Positions 50,679 through 58,409 of a DNA stretch of 64,000 bases are shown here, in pieces. The stretch is from an uncultured Methylomirabilota bacterium (GTDB taxonomy: Bacteria; Methylomirabilota; Methylomirabilia; Methylomirabilales; 2-02-FULL-66-22). Position 1 is the first letter of the stretch. Each line of letters begins with the position of its first letter. The DNA lies in contig CAWJSJ010000002.1 in assembly GCA_963845565.1 (NCBI GenBank), forward strand, positions 576,001 through 640,000, in the 5' to 3' direction. Below the pieces are notes generated by a model, which worked only from the letters and a program-made list of their open reading frames with translations, was not told the origin of the DNA and did not search any database. The translations under genes were made by a program, and so were the position numbers.

Positions 50679-51645
50679 TCACTTGCCGCGCATTCCGCTT
50701 GGGTGTCTCCCCACCCCGCTGGAGGAGTTGCCGCGCCTGACCCGTGCGCTGGGAGGCCCCCGCCTTTTCATCAAGCGCGACGACCAGACCGGTCTCGCCA
50801 CCGGCGGCAACAAGACCCGCAAGCTCGAATTCGCGGTGGCGGACGCGCTGGATCAGGGCGCGGACACGCTGATCACGATGGGCGGGGTGCAATCCAATCA
50901 CACCCGCCAAACCGCCGCGGCCGCCGCGCGCTGTGGTCTGCGGTGCGTGGTGGTCCTGCGCGGCCACGCGCCGGCGGTCTGGAACGGGAACTTGCTGCTG
51001 GATCACCTGCTCGGCGCGCAGGTGGTGTTCTCGGGCGACCGCACGCGGGAAGCCGTGGCGGACGAGGTCGCGGCGCAGGCGCGCGCCGCCGGGAACCATC
51101 CGTACCTCATCCCGGTGGGCGCATCGAACGCGGTCGGCGCGGTGGGATTCGTGGCGGCGCTGGAGGAATTGGACGCCCAGGCGAAAGCACGCGCGCTCCG
51201 CGTGGACCGGGTGGTGTTCGCCAGCAGCTCCTTCGGGACGCAGGCCGGTCTGTGCGTCGGCGCCAAGGCGGTCGGGTTTCGCGGGCAACTGGCGGCCATC
51301 GCGATCGACAGCCGCCGGGACGAGCTGCAGGCCGGGGTGGCGGCCATCGCCACGGCCACCATCCGCCGATTAGGGTGGGAGATGGCCGTCGCGCCCGGTG
51401 AGGTGGTGGCGTACGACGACTACCTCGGGGCCGGATACGCCGTCATGGGCGAGCCGGAGCGGGAAGCCATTTCTCTGGTGGCGCGCTGCGAAGGGATCCT
51501 GCTGGACCCCGTGTACACGGGACGCGCCATGGCGGGACTGATCGACCTGATCCGGACCGGCGCGTTCGGCAAGGACGAGACGATCGTCTTCTGGCACACG
51601 GGCGGCGCGGCGGCGCTGTTCGCGTACGCCGAGGAATTGCGGTAG
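50668..51645 (+). CDS. D-cysteine desulfhydrase / ACC deaminase family PLP enzyme
   Basis: PTPL, IKRDD, GGNKTRKLE, QSNH, LDPVYTG and FWHTGG motifs. Confidence 0.92.
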   Translation: MLTDHLPRIPLGCLPTPLEELPRLTRALGGPRLFIKRDDQTGLATGGNKTRKLEFAVADALDQGADTLITMGGVQSNHTRQTAAAAARCGLRCVVVLRGHAPAVWNGNLLLDHLLGAQVVFSGDRTREAVADEVAAQARAAGNHPYLIPVGASNAVGAVGFVAALEELDAQAKARALRVDRVVFASSSFGTQAGLCVGAKAVGFRGQLAAIAIDSRRDELQAGVAAIATATIRRLGWEMAVAPGEVVAYDDYLGAGYAVMGEPEREAISLVARCEGILLDPVYTGRAMAGLIDLIRTGAFGKDETIVFWHTGGAAALFAYAEELR

Positions 51646-51669
51646 CGAGCCCGCGTGAGGAGCCTGGTC

Positions 51670-52536
51670 ATGCCACCCGTCCCCTTCACCAAGATGTCCG
51701 GCGTGGGCAACGACTTCATCATCGTGGACAACCGCGCGGGGATCCTGAATACGATTGGCGTGCACCTGTTCGCCCGCCGGGTCTGCACGCGACGGATGTC
51801 CCTGGGCGCAGATCAACTGATGGTCATCGAGCCGCCGACGGCGGGCGGCGATTTCTCCATGCGCACCATCAACCCCGACGGCACCGAAGTCAAGATGTGC
51901 GGCAACGCGTCGCGCTGCGTGGCCCGCTATGCCCATGCGCGCGGCCTCGCCGGGACCAGGATGACCATCGACACGCCGGGCGGGCCGGTGTACGCCTGGG
52001 TGGCGGGTGATGAGGTCCGCGTCCAGCTCCAGCTGACCTCCCGGATCGAACGGGATCGCGCCCTGGTGGCGGACGGGGACCGGCACGTTGCCCACACCGT
52101 GGACGTCTCGGGCGCGCCGCATGCGGTGGTGTACCTGCCCGACGCGTCCACCGCATCGCGGGACGCCATCCATCGTTTGGGGGCGGCCATCCGCCACCAC
52201 GCCGATTTCCCGCAGGGCATCAACGTCAATTTTGTCCAACCGCTGGACCGGCACACGCTCTGGCAGCGGACGTTCGAGCGGGGCGTGGAGGGCGAAACGC
52301 TGGCCTGCGGCACCGGGGCGGTGGCTTCGAGCGTCATCAGCGCGCTGCACGGCCAGGTGGACTCCCCCGTCCGGGTACGCGTGCTGGGCGGCGACCTCCG
52401 CGTCTCCTTCGAGCGGCAGGGCGACGGGTTTGACGCCCTGTTCCTCGGCGGCGGCGCGCGGTTCGTGGTGGAGGGGGTGGTGCACCCCGAGGCGTGGGAA
52501 TGGGGCGAAACCGAGGCCGCGCCGGCGCATGCCTAG
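51670..52536 (+). CDS. diaminopimelate epimerase-family protein (DapF-like)
   Basis: FTKMSGVGNDF, MCGNASRC, PHAV and ERGVEGETLACGTG (two catalytic cysteines). Confidence 0.88.
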   Translation: MPPVPFTKMSGVGNDFIIVDNRAGILNTIGVHLFARRVCTRRMSLGADQLMVIEPPTAGGDFSMRTINPDGTEVKMCGNASRCVARYAHARGLAGTRMTIDTPGGPVYAWVAGDEVRVQLQLTSRIERDRALVADGDRHVAHTVDVSGAPHAVVYLPDASTASRDAIHRLGAAIRHHADFPQGINVNFVQPLDRHTLWQRTFERGVEGETLACGTGAVASSVISALHGQVDSPVRVRVLGGDLRVSFERQGDGFDALFLGGGARFVVEGVVHPEAWEWGETEAAPAHA

Positions 52537-52604
52537 CGGCACCACCCTGATGCGCGCTGCCGAATCCGCGGGCGCGCCGCCCCGAGGGGATAGCCGTGTC
52601 GAAA

Positions 52605-52645
52605 CCTGAGAGCCCGCCGGGCACACGGCCCGACGGGCTCTCAGG
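52605..52645. terminator. long hairpin between convergent genes
   Basis: CCTGAGAGCCCG...CGGGCTCTCAGG. Confidence 0.6.
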
Positions 52646-52672
52646 GTATCGGTGTCGCGAACGTGTTCCCGC

Positions 52673-53791
52673 CTACTCCCCTGCGCCCTCCGCCGCCAGG
52701 ACCACCCGGTTGCCCCCCTGCTGCTTGCCGCGGTAGAGCGCCCGGTCGGCGGCGTCCACCACCTCGAGCCCGCTGGCGGCATCCCCGGGGTAGGCGGCCA
52801 CCCCGCCGGTGATCGTCAGGCGGCCGCCGGGCTGCGCCTCGCGGCCCGGGAGGGGGTGCGCGGCCACCGCGGCGCGGATCTTCTCCGCCACCACGGCCCC
52901 GGCGGCCTTGAGGGTCTCGGGGAGGAGGACCACGAACTCCTCGCCGCCGAAGCGGGCCACCACGTCGGCCCGGCGGGTGCTGCCGAGCAGGAGGCGCCCC
53001 ACCGCCCGGAGCGCCTGGTCCCCGCCGAGGTGCCCCTGGGTGTCGTTGTAGTGCTTGAAGGCGTCCAGATCCAGCATCAGGATGGTGAAGCCCCGCCGGT
53101 ACCGGCGGGCGCGCTGGTCCTCGGCCTCCAGGGCCTCGAAGAAGGCGCGGCGGTTGGCGAGGCCGGTGAGCTCGTCCTTGGCGCTGAGCTCCTTGGTCCG
53201 CTGGTAGCGCTGGGCGTTCTCCAGGGCCACGGCCACCTGGGTGGCCACGGCTTGCCCCTGGGCCAGGTCCCGGGGGGTGAAGGGTGGGGGGGTGGCCCGG
53301 TGCGCCTGGAGGACCCCCAGGACCCGGCCGCCGGTGACCTTGAGGGGGACGTACAGGCCGGCCCCCGGCGTGGGGTCGTCGGCGGCGGTCAGCTGGGCCT
53401 CGCCGGTGGCGGCGACCACCCCGGCGATCCCCTCCCCCAGCCCGCAGGTGCGGTCCTGGAGGCGGGCGGCCCCCAGGCCGGCGGTCCCCTTGACGGTGAG
53501 CTGGCGGCTCACCTCGTCCAGGAGGAAGAGGGCGTAGGCGTCGGCGGGCAGGGCCCGGCCGAGCCAGTGGAGGGCGAGGGGGAGCAGCTCCTCCGGGTTC
53601 AGCGTGGCGGCCAGCGTCCGGCCGAGGGCCCAGACCGTGCGCAGCTCGGCGAGCTGGGTCTGCAGGGCCCGGTTGGCCGCCTCCAGGGCATGGCGCCGCT
53701 CGAGCAGCGTCTCGATCTTCTCCAGGGCGCGGATCTCCCGCGCCTGCTGGGTGCAGCGGGTGGCCAGGGTCTCGGGGTCCATGGGTGGCAT
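52673..53791 (-). CDS. GAF-GGDEF diguanylate cyclase
   Basis: DELTGLANRR, DLDAFKHYND, RxxD I-site (RRAD), RFGGEEF and ADRALY; upstream GAF domain (GEGIAG). Confidence 0.92.
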   Translation of the reverse strand: MPPMDPETLATRCTQQAREIRALEKIETLLERRHALEAANRALQTQLAELRTVWALGRTLAATLNPEELLPLALHWLGRALPADAYALFLLDEVSRQLTVKGTAGLGAARLQDRTCGLGEGIAGVVAATGEAQLTAADDPTPGAGLYVPLKVTGGRVLGVLQAHRATPPPFTPRDLAQGQAVATQVAVALENAQRYQRTKELSAKDELTGLANRRAFFEALEAEDQRARRYRRGFTILMLDLDAFKHYNDTQGHLGGDQALRAVGRLLLGSTRRADVVARFGGEEFVVLLPETLKAAGAVVAEKIRAAVAAHPLPGREAQPGGRLTITGGVAAYPGDAASGLEVVDAADRALYRGKQQGGNRVVLAAEGAGE

Positions 53792-54049
53792 CCCATCCTC
53801 GCTGGGGGGCCCGGCCCCCCTCCCCAGGGGGCCCCCGGTGGATGCATGCATTTGCCGTTCCCGTCCCGGGGCCCGGGGCGGGACCGGGTCCCTCCGGTTT
53901 GGACCCGCGCGCGCCCTTCCACGGGGTTACGGCGGTCCCGGCCCGCGGCGCCGGGGTCCGGGGTGCGGCCGCCGGGGCCAGGAGTGTAAAGGGGGCCGAC
54001 AGGGGGCAGTCTGCACGCAGGCCTCAAAGTCCCGTCGGCCGCCCCCCCG

Positions 54050-54631
54050 TCACCGCTTGAGGAGATCCATCACGCCTCGCCGAATCAGGCTGACGCCGAA
54101 TGCCGCCAGCAACAAGTTGGCGACCTTGGCGATCACCTCCGACCCGGCCGCGCCGAATACCCGGCCCACCTTGTCCGCATGAGACAGGACACCAAACGCC
54201 AGCGCCATGTTTGCGCCCAGGGCGGCGAGGGTGACCGGATAGCCGTAGCTCTGCACCAATAGCGCCAGCGTGGCCAGCGCCGCCGGCCCGACGACGAGCG
54301 GGGTCCCGATCGGGACCGCCCCGATCGTCGGGATGCCCCCAGGGTTGCTCCTCCCCGATGACAAGAGGTCGTGGATGGAGAGCACCAAGAGAAGGATACC
54401 GCCGGCTGTCTGGAAATCCGCGGCACTGATCCCCAATACACGGAACACCGCATTTCCGATCAAGAGGAACCCCAAGCCGACGGCGGTGGCCGTGATCGCA
54501 GACTGTCGCGGCAGACGCCCTCGCTCCTCGGCAGAGAGACCGGCGGTCAGGCTGAGATAGAGCGGAATGACGCCCAGGACGTCCACCGCGACAAAGAGGG
54601 CCACGAAGGCCAGCGTGAAATCCCACATCAT
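54050..54631 (-). CDS. marC: MarC family membrane protein
   Basis: LFVAVDVLGVIP, FQTAGGILL and VPIGTPLVVGPA. Confidence 0.88.
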   Translation of the reverse strand: MMWDFTLAFVALFVAVDVLGVIPLYLSLTAGLSAEERGRLPRQSAITATAVGLGFLLIGNAVFRVLGISAADFQTAGGILLLVLSIHDLLSSGRSNPGGIPTIGAVPIGTPLVVGPAALATLALLVQSYGYPVTLAALGANMALAFGVLSHADKVGRVFGAAGSEVIAKVANLLLAAFGVSLIRRGVMDLLKR

Positions 54632-54700
54632 CGTCCGACACCCCGCTAAACCAACCCCCCGCCTCCGGATGGATTCCCGGCGCGCAGGTCGCGCCGCGCC

Positions 54701-55027
54701 CTACTGCATGGGGGAATATGCCGTCGGCCGGAGGATCTGCGCCGTCAGCCGTCGCACCAGCGGCCCATTCTTTTCCGTCTCCGCGAACTTCGCCAGCCGC
54801 TCCTGGTCCGCCAGGAAGGCGCCCCACTTCTTCTCGCGGTCGGCGAGGCTCTCGTACGCCAGGACATAGATGAGCTGGTCTGATGCCCCACCCAGTTCGT
54901 TCGTCCAGAAGCCGACCACCTGGATGCTGTGTTTCTTGAAATAACCCAGCGTGATCTCGGCGAAGCGGCGATTGAGATCGGGAAGCCGGCCCGGCATGGC
55001 CGAGTACGTACGGAGTTCGTAGAGCAT
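54701..55027 (-). CDS. NIPSNAP family protein
   Basis: MLYELRTY...ILRPTAYSP. Confidence 0.9.
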   Translation of the reverse strand: MLYELRTYSAMPGRLPDLNRRFAEITLGYFKKHSIQVVGFWTNELGGASDQLIYVLAYESLADREKKWGAFLADQERLAKFAETEKNGPLVRRLTAQILRPTAYSPMQ

Positions 55028-55169
55028 CGCGGAACCTCCTCTTGGTGATCTTCGAGTGGCGGAGACAACAGGGCGCGCCGCAGCCCGCCCTGGCGCGCAC
55101 CCCATATGCTATCACACGTTGCCGCCCATGGCGCGACCCAGCCTCGCGCACACAATCGGGATTCGAAAT

Positions 55170-56258
55170 TCAGGCCGACGCCGCGTGGTACTCGGCCAAG
55201 AGGGTGCGGACCAGCTCCGGGACCGACACGATCTCCGTCGCCCGATGGGCGTTGTCGCCGGCGAAGGCGAAGCCGTGGGCCATCTTGCCGCGCTGGGCAT
55301 TGATGAGGGCGAGTGCGATGCAGTAGGGGCTGTTGGTGTAATCGCACGTGATGATGCAGTGGTAGGGACAGGTGAAGGGCATCTTCTTCCCGGCGCGCAC
55401 GTCGTCGAGGAACTGGTTCCGGATGGCGCGGCCGGGCATGCCCACCGGGCTGGCGATGATCACGAGGTCCTCCGGCGTCGCGCGGAGGTAGGCCTCCTTG
55501 AAGCCGGGCGAGGCATCGCACTCGTGGGTTGTCACGAACCGCGTGGCCATCTGGACGCCGGCGGCGCCGAGCTGCAAGATCTTATAGATGTCCGCCCCGG
55601 TGTAGATCCCGCCACCGGCGATCACCGGGATCGGACGCCGCGCCTTGGCCTCGAAGGGCCGGATCTCCGCCAGGACATCCGCCAGGAGCAGTTCCAGCGC
55701 GTAGGCCGGATCGTCGATCTGCTCCGCCTTGAACCCCAGATGCCCGCCTGCCCGCGGCCCCTCGACGACGATGGCGTCCGGGGGATGGGCGTACCGGTCG
55801 GTCCACCGCCTGGCGATGATCCGGGCCGCCCGGCCGGAGGAGACGATCGGGACCAGCTTCGTCCGCCCGCCGCCCGGCAGATACTGGGGGAGATCCAAAG
55901 GCAGTCCGGCGCCCGAGAAGATGACATCGATCCCCTCGGCAATCGCCGTGGTCACGAGCTCCCCGAAGTTCGAGAGGGCCACCATGATATTGACCCCCAG
56001 GATGCCCTGAGGGCTCAGGGCCTTCGCCCGCCGGATCTCCTTGCGGAGCGCCCGGAGGTTGGCGGCCTCAAAATGCTGGAACAGGTCCGGCTCGATCATC
56101 CCGATCCCGGCCGTGGCGATGACCCCGATCCCGCCCGCGTTGGCCACCGCCGCGGCCAGCCCGGCCAAGGACACGCCGACCCCCATGCCGCCCTGGATGA
56201 TGGGCAGCGACGCGGTCAGGTCCCCGATGCACAGCGCCTGCGGGCGACGCTCGGTCAT
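55170..56258 (-). CDS. nitronate monooxygenase / FabK-like FMN oxidoreductase
   Basis: PIIQGGMGVG, EGPRAGGH, IAGGGI and GVQMATRF; C-terminal cysteine cluster. Confidence 0.88.
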   Translation of the reverse strand: MTERRPQALCIGDLTASLPIIQGGMGVGVSLAGLAAAVANAGGIGVIATAGIGMIEPDLFQHFEAANLRALRKEIRRAKALSPQGILGVNIMVALSNFGELVTTAIAEGIDVIFSGAGLPLDLPQYLPGGGRTKLVPIVSSGRAARIIARRWTDRYAHPPDAIVVEGPRAGGHLGFKAEQIDDPAYALELLLADVLAEIRPFEAKARRPIPVIAGGGIYTGADIYKILQLGAAGVQMATRFVTTHECDASPGFKEAYLRATPEDLVIIASPVGMPGRAIRNQFLDDVRAGKKMPFTCPYHCIITCDYTNSPYCIALALINAQRGKMAHGFAFAGDNAHRATEIVSVPELVRTLLAEYHAASA

Positions 56259-56310
56259 GCGTGGCGTCCTTTCTCGGTTGGGGCGGGCCGGGGTGTCTGA
56301 TCTCGGCACG

Positions 56311-56685
56311 CTACTCGTCGGCCCTGTCGGTCGGACCCGTGGCGGCGGCGCCACGTTTGTCGGCGCGCCGCGGTATCCTCGTGCGGGATGATCGGCCGCG
56401 AGACGACGAGGGGGCATCCGCTGCCGCGCCGCGCGCTCGCGCCAGCGTCTGCGCATGCCGTCGCGTGAAGGTCTCGATCGGCTCCGCGAACGGGAGGTCC
56501 ATCTGCTTTCCCCGGAACAGTCGACGCCACAGGAGGCGGCACGCCGCCTGATCCCGAGCCGTGAGCCGCGCCTGCCGCGCCAGAACCGCCTCCAGATACG
56601 AGGGGGCAACGCGCAGGTACGAGGCGAGTCGCGGCAGGCTGAATCCGGTCTTGGCCAGGAACTCGGTCAGATCGAAGCGCGGCAC
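56311..56685 (-). CDS. hypothetical HTH-like protein with a QMDLPF motif
   Basis: FLAKTGFSLPRLASYLRVAPSYLEAVL resembles an XRE HTH; start codon estimated. Confidence 0.45.
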   Translation of the reverse strand: MPRFDLTEFLAKTGFSLPRLASYLRVAPSYLEAVLARQARLTARDQAACRLLWRRLFRGKQMDLPFAEPIETFTRRHAQTLARARGAAADAPSSSRGRSSRTRIPRRADKRGAAATGPTDRADE

Positions 56686-56812
56686 GCGCCACTCCCGCGA
56701 GACCTCTTCCGCTGCCGATGCGGCGCTGGCGCCCATGGCCGCAGGGGAACCGTAAACACCAACCCCCGGCGTTGCGCCGGGGGCGATCATCACCGACCTC
56801 GCGCGAGCCACA

Positions 56813-57010
56813 TCATGCCCGCTCGGTCGACTCCCCCTTCTTGGACAGGACCAGCACGGTCCGTTCCGGTTCCCGCGGGCTCCGCCGTTCCGTGACCTCG
56901 TACCCGTCCTCGCAACGCGGGCACCAGATCTCGACGACACCGGGCCGCAAGACGATGATTTCCCCACACGCGGGGCACCCGACCTCGGCCGTTTCCCACG
57001 GGCACTCCAT
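56813..57010 (-). CDS. small zinc-ribbon protein
   Basis: 65 aa with CPAC and CPRC pairs; GGAGGG ribosome-binding site upstream. Confidence 0.6.
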   Translation of the reverse strand: MECPWETAEVGCPACGEIIVLRPGVVEIWCPRCEDGYEVTERRSPREPERTVLVLSKKGESTERA

Positions 57011-57306
57011 CCGCGCCCTCCAGGCCGGTGCCTGACGTTCCGGCTGGACTCTAGTGTACCATGGTGTCCGGCAGCGTCGAGCGCTTTCTTTTCTTTGCGC
57101 CCCCGACGGGACATTGCGCCCGGACGCGCCCGCTCCCGCGCGCCGGAAGAGGCCTCGGGTCTTTCACCTTGACTTTGCCTTCCGAGCCGGGGTAGCGTCC
57201 CGGTCGGCCGCGCCATCCTCCGGCGACGCAACCGGAGGGCGAAGTGTGCCCTTCGTCAGGCGGAACGTGTCCGCCCCGAACGTCGTTTTCCCCTGGTGAC
57301 GAACCC

Positions 57307-57984
57307 ATGTGGACGAGCTACCTCTATTCGCTCATCGTCGCGGACGTGACGGATGGCTGTTACCGGACCGTCCTCGACTATGTCCGGCCAGGAAGTCGTG
57401 TGCTGGATGTGGGCATCGGCAATGGGGCGATGATCAAGCGCTATCACCAGGCGATCGCCGACCAACAGCTCCGCATCGTCGGCCTCGACATCAACCCTCG
57501 TTACCTCGCGCATTGCGACCAGCTCGTGGGCGCGTACGGACTGCGGGACCGCATTCAACTGCACGAGTTGCCGGTGGAGGACTACGCGCCGCCCACGCCG
57601 CCCCACTTTGACTACATCCTGTTCAGCATGAGCTTCATGCTGATGGGCGATCAGCCATCGGTGCTGGCGCGGGTCCTGCCCTGGCTGAACCCCCGCGGGG
57701 AGATCCTCTTCGTCCAGACGATGTTTCGGGAGCGGTCCCGCTGGTTGGAATTCGTCAAGCCGCGGCTGAAATACTTCACGACGATCGACTTCGGGCAGGT
57801 GACCTACGAAGAGCACTTCTTTTCCCTCCTCGACAAGATGGGGCTGGTCGTGACGGAGGATCGGGTCATCAAGAAGGAGTGTTTTCGGGGCGAGTACCGC
57901 ATGGTCGCTGCGCGAGCGGACAACGCGCCCGGGAGGTGCGAGCGGCAATGCCAGGGCGCGGCCCGACTTGACCCCTCCTCTTGA
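57307..57984 (+). CDS. class I SAM-dependent methyltransferase
   Basis: VLDVGIGNG, GLDIN and FDYILF motifs. Confidence 0.85.
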   Translation: MWTSYLYSLIVADVTDGCYRTVLDYVRPGSRVLDVGIGNGAMIKRYHQAIADQQLRIVGLDINPRYLAHCDQLVGAYGLRDRIQLHELPVEDYAPPTPPHFDYILFSMSFMLMGDQPSVLARVLPWLNPRGEILFVQTMFRERSRWLEFVKPRLKYFTTIDFGQVTYEEHFFSLLDKMGLVVTEDRVIKKECFRGEYRMVAARADNAPGRCERQCQGAARLDPSS

Positions 57985-58028
57985 GTGCGGTACATTTTGC
58001 GGCATCGCTCGATCACCAGGAGTGACGC

Positions 58029-58409
58029 ATGACCACGGAACGCACGATTCGCATCACGGCGGGGAAGGTCGAGGCCACGGCGGTCCTGAACGACTCGCCG
58101 ACTGCCACGAAGATCTGGGAGGCCTTGCCCATCGAGGCTCGCGGCAACACCTGGGGAGACGAAATCTACTTCTCGATCCCGGTGGAGGCCCCCCAGGAGA
58201 AAAACGCCCGCGACCTGGTCGCCGTGGGCGAGTTGGGCTACTGGCCGCCGGGTACGGCCTTCTGCATCTTCTTCGGCCGCACGCCGGCCAGCACCGATGA
58301 CCGGCCCCGCGCCGCCAGTCCGGTGAACATCATCGGCACGGTGTCCGGGGACGCGACGGCCTTTCGGGCGGTCTCCTCTGGGGCGCGGGTGAGGCTGGAG
58401 CGGGCGTGA
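58029..58409 (+). CDS. cyclophilin-like fold protein (DUF369)
   Basis: WGDEIYFSIP, GYWPPGTAFCIFFG and ASPVN motifs. Confidence 0.88.
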   Translation: MTTERTIRITAGKVEATAVLNDSPTATKIWEALPIEARGNTWGDEIYFSIPVEAPQEKNARDLVAVGELGYWPPGTAFCIFFGRTPASTDDRPRAASPVNIIGTVSGDATAFRAVSSGARVRLERA

